From: Nitrosopumilus maritimus SCM1 | Lineage (GTDB): Archaea > Thermoproteota > Nitrososphaeria > Nitrososphaerales > Nitrosopumilaceae | Assembly: GCF_000018465.1 (NCBI RefSeq) | Contig: NC_010085.1 | Coordinates: 1,440,001 to 1,472,000, forward strand | Length of the DNA stretch: 32,000 bases | Direction of reading: 5' to 3' | Part shown: piece by piece, positions 9,419 through 16,837 of the stretch | How the letters are laid out: each line of letters opens with the position of its first letter | How positions within the stretch are numbered: the stretch's first letter is position 1 | The notes under the pieces: generated by a model | Seen by the model: only the letters and a program-made list of their open reading frames with translations | What the model was told of the DNA's origin: nothing | Database searches by the model: none | Position numbers and translations under genes: made by a program

Positions 9419-10254
9419 TTTATCATCCTCTCAATAGCTTTGATATCTAAATTGTTTTTTACGATTTTTGCTAGTTTATCTAGATCTTTATCAATTTTTG
9501 AAATATTCTTTTTTGTCCAAGCAATTTGTTTTGCCTTAACATTTAACGAATCTTCCTCTGGCAAGTCAACTTGCATCATGGGAATAGTTCCGATAACAGG
9601 GATTTTAGTAAGTTGTTTTATCTTTCTAAAGCCTGGTTTTAGCACATCAATGTCTCCTCTGAATTTATTTAATACAAATCCTTTTACTAATTTTTTATAT
9701 TTATTTTCAATTAAATTCATAGTTCCAACTAAACTTGCAAATGAACCACCTTTGTCAATATCTGAAATCAAAAGTACAGATGCATTTGCTTTTTGAGCAA
9801 TTTGCATATTTGCAATATCGTATTTTTGTAAATTAATTTCAGCTGGAGAACCTGCACCTTCTAAAATCACTAGATCATAATTTTTTTTCAGTTTTGATAA
9901 TGAAGTGGTGGCTGCCTTAAGTCCTTTAGATTTTACAAATTTTGTATAGTATTCTTTTGCATGCATTTTCTTGTAATGTTTTCCATTGAGGTAAACTGCA
10001 CTATAGTAATTTCCTAAAGGTTTGAGCATGATGGGGTTAAAATCAGGCTCAATTGGGCATTTGGCGGCAATAGCTTGGATTGCTTGCGCACGAGAAATTT
10101 CAAAATCAGGCGTGGCATAGCCAAAATTAGACATGTTTTGGGACTTGAATGGGGCCACAAGGTATCCTTTTTGTTCAAAGATTCTACACAATGCTGCAAC
10201 CAATGTTGATTTCCCAGCACCAGAAGAAGTTCCTTGAACCATCAAAGGTTTCAT
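9415..10254 (-). CDS. cobQ: cobyric acid synthase homologue, synthetase (ATP-binding) domain only
   Basis: 279 aa. It has MVQGTSSGAGKS, APFKSQNMS, EGAGSPAEINL and NKFRGD motifs of the CobQ/CbiP N-terminal domain. The ORF ends about 45 aa after LPEEDS with no GATase domain. It has ATGA overlaps on both sides. Confidence 0.7.
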   Translation of the reverse strand: MKPLMVQGTSSGAGKSTLVAALCRIFEQKGYLVAPFKSQNMSNFGYATPDFEISRAQAIQAIAAKCPIEPDFNPIMLKPLGNYYSAVYLNGKHYKKMHAKEYYTKFVKSKGLKAATTSLSKLKKNYDLVILEGAGSPAEINLQKYDIANMQIAQKANASVLLISDIDKGGSFASLVGTMNLIENKYKKLVKGFVLNKFRGDIDVLKPGFRKIKQLTKIPVIGTIPMMQVDLPEEDSLNVKAKQIAWTKKNISKIDKDLDKLAKIVKNNLDIKAIERMIK

Positions 10255-11330
10255 GCAATTGCCTCCATTGCAGTTACAAGTTTTAGATTATCTTTATGAG
10301 ATTTTATTGCAATTCGAATATAGTGATTATCTAGTCCACGAAAATTTTTGCAATCACGAATCAATATTTTATGTTTTAACAATTTTTTTTGAAGTTTTGT
10401 TGAATCGTATTTTGTTTTTATTAAAATAAAATTTGTTGAAGAGTCATGACATTCAAAACCTGGAATTCTAGCAATTTTCTTTTTTAGAAAATTTGATTCT
10501 TTTTTTATAATTGATTTTGATTTTGTTAAATGAGATTTATTTTTTATAGCTATCATTCCTGCTTCTTGTGCTAATGCATTAACACTCCAAGGAATTTTTA
10601 TTTTTTTCAGAATATCAATAATTGTTTTTGAACCTATACCATATCCAATTCTTATTCCTGCTAATCCAAACGATTTTGTTAATGATCTTAAAACAAAAAG
10701 ATTATCATATTTTTTTACCAAATTTATCACAGATTGGTTTGATTCAGGAACCAATTCAATAAAACATTCATCAACAAATACAAAACTAGATTTATTTTTT
10801 GCAGCAGATATTATTTTTGTTAATTGTTTTTTTGAGATAATATTTCCTGTGGGATTATTTGGGTTGCATACAAAAACACATCCATTTTTTGGAATCTTTG
10901 AAATAAAAGAATCTATATTTTTGGAAAGATTCATTGTTTTAAAAAAAGTAAATTTACAATCAACGAGTTTTGATGCAGACTCGTATTCGCTAAAAGTAGG
11001 AGTTGGAATCAAAACATGTTTTTTAGATAAAAATGCAGTACAGAAATTATAGAGAATTTCAATCGCACCATTACCCACAACTATGTGAGAATCAGAGAAT
11101 CCAGTGTATTTTTTGAGGCTAGAGAGCAAACTCAGTGAATCAGCATCAGGGTAGTGTTCCATTCCATCTAGTCTTTTTTTCATAGTGGATTTTACAGTGG
11201 ATGGCATTCCAGCAGGACTAGTATTTGAGCTAAAATCTATGACATCAGATTGCTGATTTCCTCCAGAAAATCGGCCCCCATGAGAGATAGGATGGTGTTT
11301 GGTGATGCTTGTTTTGGTCCTTATTTTCAC
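10251..11330 (-). CDS. cobD: L-threonine-O-3-phosphate decarboxylase (class I/II aminotransferase fold)
   Basis: 359 aa. Motifs are HGG...IDFSSNTSPAG, YPD, GNGAIE, NPNNPTG and SLTKSFGLAGIRIGY (PLP lysine). It is the first gene of the cob operon and starts at GTG 11330. Confidence 0.7.
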   Translation of the reverse strand: MKIRTKTSITKHHPISHGGRFSGGNQQSDVIDFSSNTSPAGMPSTVKSTMKKRLDGMEHYPDADSLSLLSSLKKYTGFSDSHIVVGNGAIEILYNFCTAFLSKKHVLIPTPTFSEYESASKLVDCKFTFFKTMNLSKNIDSFISKIPKNGCVFVCNPNNPTGNIISKKQLTKIISAAKNKSSFVFVDECFIELVPESNQSVINLVKKYDNLFVLRSLTKSFGLAGIRIGYGIGSKTIIDILKKIKIPWSVNALAQEAGMIAIKNKSHLTKSKSIIKKESNFLKKKIARIPGFECHDSSTNFILIKTKYDSTKLQKKLLKHKILIRDCKNFRGLDNHYIRIAIKSHKDNLKLVTAMEAIA

Positions 11331-11350
11331 ATAACAAAATAGGAGCAGGC

Positions 11351-11391
11351 GATATAGTATCTTTTGGTAATTTGAATAACGATTATTAATT
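11351..11391. promoter_or_regulatory. divergent promoter region (cob operon / asd)
   Basis: ATATAGTA (11352-11359) is centred about 25 nt from GTG 11330 on the - strand. ATTATTAATT (11382-11391) is centred about 27 nt upstream of ATG 11414. Confidence 0.4.
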
Positions 11392-11413
11392 GAAACCGAT
11401 CAATGATTAATTC

Positions 11414-12490
11414 ATGGAGAAGAAAAGAGTTGCAATTATAGGAGTTACAGGTTCCGTAGGACAGGAATTCGTACAATCTTTGAATAATCACCCATGGTTT
11501 GAAGTAACTCAAATCGCAGCTTCAGAACGCTCTGCAGGTAAGAATTATCTTGATGCCATCAGAAATGAAGGCGGGATCATCATGTGGGATGTAGGAGGCG
11601 AGATCCCAGATTACATCAAAGAAATGACTGTAAAAAGCATTGACGAACTTGATACATCACAATTAGACTTGATATTTTCAGCAGTTGAATCTCAAGCTGC
11701 AAGAGACATTGAAACTAAAATGGCAGCCGAACTACCAGTAGTTTCAACTAGTTCTGCATATAGATACGAAGAAGATGTTCCAATTCTCATTCCAGGTGTA
11801 AATGATGAGCAAGTTGAACTAATAGAAACTCAAAAGAAAAATCGCAACTGGAAAGGATTTGTAACACCATTACCTAACTGTACAACTACAGGTTTAGCAA
11901 TTACATTAAAACCACTACTTGAAAAATATGGTGCAAAAAAAGTCATGATGACTTCAATGCAAGCAATTTCAGGAGGTGGAAAGTCAGGAGTATCTGCCAT
12001 GGGAATTACAGATAACATCTTACCTTACATTCCAAAAGAAGAAGGTAAAGTTAGACTAGAGACAAGAAAAATTTTGGGAAAACTAGTAGATGGTAAAATA
12101 GAGGATGCAGATATTAGAGTTAGTTGTACTTGTACTAGAGTTCCAGTAATTGATGGACATACTGAATCAGTTTTTGTTGAAACTTCAGAAGACATTGATC
12201 CAGCTAAAGCAAAAGAACTCTACAATGGTTACAATAAAAATATCTCAGTTCAAGGATTACCATCAGCTCCTAAAGAATACTATGCATTCCATGAAGACCC
12301 AACAAGACCTCAACCAAGAATGGAAAGAGAAGTTGGTAACGGAATGACTACAACAATTGGCAGAGTTGAAAAAGAAGAATTGTTTGATAAAGGTCTCAAA
12401 TACATGTTATTCTCACATAACAAGAAAATGGGTTCAGCAAAAGGCGCAGTACTCTTAGCTGAAATGTTATACAAAAAAGGTAAGATCTAG
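11414..12490 (+). CDS. asd: aspartate-semialdehyde dehydrogenase (archaeal type)
   Basis: 358 aa. It has the IIGVTGSVGQ Rossmann motif, the active-site LPNCTTTGL Cys and VIDGHTES. Confidence 0.9.
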   Translation: MEKKRVAIIGVTGSVGQEFVQSLNNHPWFEVTQIAASERSAGKNYLDAIRNEGGIIMWDVGGEIPDYIKEMTVKSIDELDTSQLDLIFSAVESQAARDIETKMAAELPVVSTSSAYRYEEDVPILIPGVNDEQVELIETQKKNRNWKGFVTPLPNCTTTGLAITLKPLLEKYGAKKVMMTSMQAISGGGKSGVSAMGITDNILPYIPKEEGKVRLETRKILGKLVDGKIEDADIRVSCTCTRVPVIDGHTESVFVETSEDIDPAKAKELYNGYNKNISVQGLPSAPKEYYAFHEDPTRPQPRMEREVGNGMTTTIGRVEKEELFDKGLKYMLFSHNKKMGSAKGAVLLAEMLYKKGKI

Positions 12491-12560
12491 ATTTTTTTTG
12501 CAATTTTTTCAATAATAACTTTATAAGAACCAGAAATCTAGAACGACTCAGGTGTTTTAG

Positions 12561-13028
12561 ACGGCAAAAGTAGATGACCTGGATCTTCAGATTTTATCAG
12601 AATTATCAAATGATGCATCAATTTCAGTTCCACGTTTATCAAAAAAAATCAATGTGAATTCTTCAGTAGTATATTCAAGAATTAAGAGATTAGTAAAAAG
12701 AAAACTAATTGAACGATTTACAATTGTTGTAAATGATGCTGAATTAGGATACAATGTTAAAGCATTAACTGGAATTAACATGGATACAAAAAAACGCGAT
12801 CACATAATTTCAGAATTATTCAAAATTGATGGAGTAAGAGAAGTTGCAGAAGTTACTGGTAGATTTGATATCCTTGTTACAATGTATTCAAAATCATTAG
12901 ATCAGATGCACAAAATGGTCTCAGAGAGAATTGGACGAATTGAAGGCATTCAGTCTTCAGAATCATTTATTGAGATGAAATCACGTGCCAAAGCAATGCC
13001 ATATATGCCATCAAAGGATAGTGACTAG
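12561..13028 (+). CDS. Lrp/AsnC-family transcriptional regulator (start codon unresolved)
   Basis: The frame is open from 12561 (after TAG 12558-12560). It encodes the full wHTH (DDLDLQILSELSNDASISVPRLSKKINVNSSVVYSRIKRL) plus the RAM/ligand domain. The first ATG/GTG/TTG is GTG 12654, inside the recognition helix. See the finding at 12519-12660. Confidence 0.8.
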   Translation, partial: TAKVDDLDLQILSELSNDASISVPRLSKKINVNSSVVYSRIKRLVKRKLIERFTIVVNDAELGYNVKALTGINMDTKKRDHIISELFKIDGVREVAEVTGRFDILVTMYSKSLDQMHKMVSERIGRIEGIQSSESFIEMKSRAKAMPYMPSKDSD

Positions 13029-13030
13029 TA

Positions 13031-13960
13031 TTGCAAAAACAAAAGACAGAATCCAGAGTTGCAGTATATTATGAATTAACAAAGCCCAAAATTTGGTATT
13101 TGTTGGTATTTACCGCATTTGGGGCCGCTTTAACAGCATCTAATATTTACGGAATTGAGATTGCACCTTCCACATGGGCACTCATGTTATTTTCAGTTGC
13201 CGCAGGTTCTGCTGCAGCCAATACTTTGACAAATTATCACGATAGAGATATCGACGCAATAATGGAGAGAACAAAAGGCAGACCACTCCCATCAAAAAGA
13301 ATCTACCCAGCAGTAAAAGCACGTAATTTTGGATTAGCATTAGCCGGAATTTCATTAGTATTAGCATTTGGAATTTCATTTACAACTACTTTAGAACAAG
13401 GTCTATGGGCCACTGCATTCATAGCATTTGGATTACTGAACAACATTTTGGTATACTCGTATGCACTAAAACGAAATTCAAGAACTAACATAATTTTAGG
13501 AGGATTATGCGGAGGTTCACCACCAATGATTGGATGGGTTGCAGTTACAATGTCAGATTTATGGACAATGGGACTTGCAATGGCAGGATTGGTGTTCATT
13601 TGGATTCCAATGCACATTTGGGCATTAACTTTGCATTTCAAAGATGATTACAACAAGGTAAATGTTCCAATGCTAACTGCAGTTCAATCAGAAAAAACAT
13701 CTGCAAGAGCAATCGCAGGATCAACTGTGGTAATGGTATTATTTTCAATAGCACCATTTTTCATAACAACACAATCAGGAGAAGAGATGGTAGGAGGAGT
13801 GTACTTGTGGACTGCAATTGCATCAGGTATTTTGATGGTAGCACTATCAATTTGGGTAATAGTAAAACCCATGGAAAAAGCATCGTGGACTTTGTTTAAA
13901 TTTTCTAGTCCATATTTGGCAGTATTATTTATTGCATTAATGGTAGATTCTGCACTATAA
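13031..13960 (+). CDS. ctaB: protoheme IX farnesyltransferase (heme O synthase)
   Basis: 309-aa UbiA-family membrane protein with NYHDRDIDAIMERTKGRPLP and multiple TM segments. It starts at TTG, 2 nt after the Lrp stop. Confidence 0.9.
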   Translation: MQKQKTESRVAVYYELTKPKIWYLLVFTAFGAALTASNIYGIEIAPSTWALMLFSVAAGSAAANTLTNYHDRDIDAIMERTKGRPLPSKRIYPAVKARNFGLALAGISLVLAFGISFTTTLEQGLWATAFIAFGLLNNILVYSYALKRNSRTNIILGGLCGGSPPMIGWVAVTMSDLWTMGLAMAGLVFIWIPMHIWALTLHFKDDYNKVNVPMLTAVQSEKTSARAIAGSTVVMVLFSIAPFFITTQSGEEMVGGVYLWTAIASGILMVALSIWVIVKPMEKASWTLFKFSSPYLAVLFIALMVDSAL

Positions 13961-14164
13961 GATACTACTATTTTCATCTAAGCTGTTAAGTTCTTTTGTA
14001 ATTGAAGTGTGTTTTTCAACTAATTCTTCTAATTCTTTTTGTACGTCAATAGAATCCCAATTTGATGAAATCAAAGATGACAATTTTGCAACAATACTCC
14101 ATTGAACATTATTTTGCTCATCGATTAATTCCAGAAATCGTTTTCCTTTTTCATCATCATTCAT
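13955..14164 (-). CDS. hypothetical small acidic protein
   Basis: 69-aa ORF. A TATA-like ATTTTTATC is centred about 27 nt upstream of its ATG (14164). It overlaps the ctaB 3' end by 6 nt. Confidence 0.5.
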   Translation of the reverse strand: MNDDEKGKRFLELIDEQNNVQWSIVAKLSSLISSNWDSIDVQKELEELVEKHTSITKELNSLDENSSIL

Positions 14165-14254
14165 AATTAGAAAAAAGAGAAGGAGTGATAAAAATCTGTA
14201 GCAGGTAATAGTATAATTTCAAAGTTTTATTAGGAAATTATCAATATTTCACAT

Positions 14255-14413
14255 ATGCAATGTAGCATTTCAGAATGCAAATCAAAAGCAATTCAAACGA
14301 TCCAGATTAGTTTTAGAGAGACAAGGAATCTTTGCAAAGAACATTTTGAGTTATTCCAAAACAAAGACAAGAAACACGCAATCAATTTCACAAGAGCATC
14401 CAAAGTCAAATGA
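14255..14413 (+). CDS. candidate small Cys/His protein (52 aa), absent from the ORF track
   Basis: ATG 14255 to TGA 14411-14413 gives MQCSISECKSKAIQTIQISFRETRNLCKEHFELFQNKDKKHAINFTRASKVK (C-x4-C-x18-C-x2-H). TTTTATTA (14225-14232) is centred about 26 nt upstream. Confidence 0.35.
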   Translation: MQCSISECKSKAIQTIQISFRETRNLCKEHFELFQNKDKKHAINFTRASKVK

Positions 14414-14473
14414 GATATTTTCAAATTTCAGAATTATTGAAAGATTTAACATCTACTATTTTCAAACTACCAT

Positions 14474-14968
14474 ATGGCTGCTAAGAAAAAAACCACGGTA
14501 AAGAAGAAACCAGTCAAAAAAGCAACTTCAAAGCCAAAATCTAAGGCAACAAAGCCAAAATCAAGCACAAAATCATCTACAAAAAAACCAGAATTTGAGA
14601 AAGCTTGGAAAGAATACAATTCTGCATTAAATGGATGGAAGGAATCTTTGGCACAGTGGCAAAAGGCTACAAATGAAACTTTAATGACATATCACGATGC
14701 ATGTCAAAAAGCTGTAGAATCAGACGCAGAATTATTAAAAAAAGTCAGCTCTAGTTGGGAAAGTACTTGGGAAGAAATTGGTCCTGAATACATCAAACAA
14801 CAAACAAAGATGATTGAAAATATTTTTAAAGAAACCAACATTGAATCAATTAAAAAATTCAATGAACAATGGGAGAAATTCCTCAAAACATCAGGAGATG
14901 ATTCAATCATGGCATATCAAGAAGCTATAAAGAGATTCAATCAAGCCTGGCAATCAGGTCAAATGTAG
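14474..14968 (+). CDS. Lys-rich tail + Trp-rich helical protein (paralogue of 18608-19021)
   Basis: 164 aa. The N-terminal 39 aa are K/T/S/P-rich. The remainder aligns end to end by eye with the 137-aa protein at 18608-19021 (WKEYNSALNGWK / WQEYTKSLENWK; FNEQWEKFLKTSG..MAYQEAIKRFNQAW / FVENWQKSLSSSG..NAYGEMMKKFTETW). Confidence 0.7.
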   Translation: MAAKKKTTVKKKPVKKATSKPKSKATKPKSSTKSSTKKPEFEKAWKEYNSALNGWKESLAQWQKATNETLMTYHDACQKAVESDAELLKKVSSSWESTWEEIGPEYIKQQTKMIENIFKETNIESIKKFNEQWEKFLKTSGDDSIMAYQEAIKRFNQAWQSGQM

Positions 14969-14980
14969 TTTTTAAAATAA

Positions 14981-16726
14981 CTATTTTTTCATTTTTCCTA
15001 TACGAAAGACTTTACAATTACATGTTGAACATGTGCCCTTTACTGCAGGACGACCATTTTTCATAATTGTTTCTTCAGGATTTTTGATTTTTCTTTTTGT
15101 TTTACATTTAACACAGTAAGCTTCTATGGAAGAAGTTTCTGAAGAAATTTTTGAAGACTGTTCAAGTTTTTTCTCAATCTCATCTAATTTTTTATTTTGT
15201 TTTTGTAATGTTTGAATAATTTCATGTTCAATATCAGCAGATTCTAATTTTTCAATTTCTTTTTCTAGTTCTCTTACTCTTGAAATTTGTTCTTCTGTCG
15301 CTTCATCAGAAGGATGCAGTTTTGAAGTTAATTCATTTTCTAATTCATCAATTTGATCTTCTAAATCATTAAATTCAGAATATTCCTCAACTATAGGCTC
15401 AACTTCAGGCTCAGATTTTATTTCTGGAACAGGTTTTTCAGATAATTTAGTTTCTAATTCATCAATTTGTTTTTGAAGTTCATCTAATTGTTCAAATTGT
15501 TCAGGAGTAGCTTCCTCTTCTAGTTCTGGTTTAGATTCTAACTCCTGGATTTGTTTCTCTAATTGTTCAAATTGTTCAAATTGTTCAGGAGTAGCTTCTT
15601 CATCTTCTAGTTCTGGAGCTAAATCAAGTTCCTGTGGAAGTTCTTCTGCAGATTCTTTTGGTAATGAACCTCTAGGACTTGGAGGAGCTGGTTCTGGTTT
15701 AGATTCTAACTCCTGGATTTGTTTCTCTAATTGTTCTAATCTTGCTAATTGTTCAGGAGTAGCTTCCTCTTCTTCGGGTTCTGGTTTAGATTCTAACTCC
15801 TGGATTTGTTTCTCTAATTGTTCTAATCTTGCTAATTGTTCAGGAGTAGCTTCCTCTTCTTCGGGTTCTGGTTTAGATTCTAACTCCTGGATTTGTTTCT
15901 CTAATTGTTCTAATCTTGCTAATTGTTCAGGAGTAGCTTCCTCTTCTTCGGGTTCTGGAATTGGTTCGTCTGCAACTGGTTCTGGAGCTAAATCAAGTTC
16001 CTGTGGAAGTTCTTCTGCAGATTCTTTTGGTAATGAGCCTCTAGGACTTGGAGGAGCTGGTTCTGGTTTAGATTCTAACTCCTGGATTTGTTTCTCTAAT
16101 TGTTCTAATCTTGCTAATTGTTCAGGAGTAGCTTCCTCTTCTTCGGGTTCTGGAATTGGTTCGTCTGCAACTGGTTCTGGAGCTAAATCAAGTTCCTGTG
16201 GAAGTTCTTCTGCAGATTCTTTTGGTAATGAACCTCTAGGACTTGGAGGAGCTGGTTCTGGAATTGGTTCGTCTGCAACTGGTTCTGGAGCTAAATCAAG
16301 TTCCTGTGGAAGTTCTTCTGCAGATTCTTTTGGTAATGAACCTCTAGGACTTGGAGGAGCTGGTTCTGGAATTGGTTCGTCTGCAACTGGTTCTGGAGCT
16401 AAATCAAGTTCATCTAGATCAATGCTTGTTACTACAGGTAAATCACCCAGAGAATCTAATTCTACTTTATTTCCGTCAATTCGTAAAAATGGTTCACCAT
16501 CAATTGAAAAAGTTCGGATTCGATGTCCCTGTTTCCAGGAGTTTTTTCCACTGTAAATTGTGATATAAGAAATTCCGTTCTTGATGTCAGACGAAATAGT
16601 TAGTCGGTCAACAGGAGTTCCTTTAGTAATCCCCTTGTCGGTATCCTGATGTCTAATAGCAACAGAAATCAAATGGTTGGCATCATAACTGACTTCAGAA
16701 ATTAGATAGTCAGCCCATTTATCCAT
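14981..16726 (-). CDS. acidic tandem-repeat protein: DUF3892-like N-domain, Pro/Glu-rich and coiled-coil modules, C-terminal C4 zinc ribbon (DUF5679-like)
   Basis: 581-aa ORF. The globular N-terminal ~100 aa ends ...DGNKVELDSLGDLP. The core is made of LDLAPEPVADEPIPEPAPPSPRGSLPKESAEELPQE and EEEEATPEQLARLEQLEKQIQELESKPEP modules. The C-terminus is YCVKCKTKRKIKNPEETIMKNGRPAVKGTCSTCNCKVFRIG. DUF names are from memory. Confidence 0.85.
   Translation of the reverse strand: MDKWADYLISEVSYDANHLISVAIRHQDTDKGITKGTPVDRLTISSDIKNGISYITIYSGKNSWKQGHRIRTFSIDGEPFLRIDGNKVELDSLGDLPVVTSIDLDELDLAPEPVADEPIPEPAPPSPRGSLPKESAEELPQELDLAPEPVADEPIPEPAPPSPRGSLPKESAEELPQELDLAPEPVADEPIPEPEEEEATPEQLARLEQLEKQIQELESKPEPAPPSPRGSLPKESAEELPQELDLAPEPVADEPIPEPEEEEATPEQLARLEQLEKQIQELESKPEPEEEEATPEQLARLEQLEKQIQELESKPEPEEEEATPEQLARLEQLEKQIQELESKPEPAPPSPRGSLPKESAEELPQELDLAPELEDEEATPEQFEQFEQLEKQIQELESKPELEEEATPEQFEQLDELQKQIDELETKLSEKPVPEIKSEPEVEPIVEEYSEFNDLEDQIDELENELTSKLHPSDEATEEQISRVRELEKEIEKLESADIEHEIIQTLQKQNKKLDEIEKKLEQSSKISSETSSIEAYCVKCKTKRKIKNPEETIMKNGRPAVKGTCSTCNCKVFRIGKMKK
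15522..16409 (-). repeat. nested in-frame tandem repeats: 108-bp module A and 87-bp module B
   Basis: B copies at 15690-15776, 15777-15863, 15864-15950 and 16059-16145 are identical by eye. A copies are at 15951-16058 (1 synonymous difference), 16146-16253 and 16254-16361. Partial A copies are at 15609-15689 and 16362-~16409. A diverged B copy is at 15522-15608. Confidence 0.95.
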
Positions 16727-16837
16727 TATAAAAAATAGTGATTAGTTTCTAGTAAATAAGCGAGTCTAAATTCGAGGATCTAAGTATTATGCTTAAAAAA
16801 ATAAGATTATAATTGGTTTTTAGAAAACATTGTTCAA

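Noticed and set aside
11331-11413. Cobalamin riboswitch upstream of the cob operon
   Set aside because: The spacer is only 83 bp, is shared with the divergent asd promoter, and is AT-rich without the conserved B12-box. The cobD start appears leaderless.
11414-12490. Possibility that the Asd homologue is the unidentified malonyl-/succinyl-CoA reductase of the thaumarchaeal 3HP/4HB cycle (as Asd-derived reductases are in Sulfolobales)
   Set aside because: Nothing in the sequence distinguishes it from a bona fide aspartate-semialdehyde dehydrogenase. The motifs and length are canonical and there is no CO2-fixation gene context. The idea rests only on analogy.
12558-12560. In-frame TAG in the Lrp leader read as pyrrolysine
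   Set aside because: Pyrrolysine decoding needs the pyl gene set. That set is known from a few methanogen and bacterial lineages, not this one, and no pyl gene or PYLIS-like context is visible. Nonsense mutation, near-cognate initiation or base-call error are simpler explanations.
15522-16409. Regular direct repeats that could be mistaken for a CRISPR array
   Set aside because: The repeats are contiguous with no unique spacers, are 87 and 108 bp long, and are multiples of 3. They stay in frame inside a 581-aa ORF with sensible termini. No cas genes or leader are nearby.
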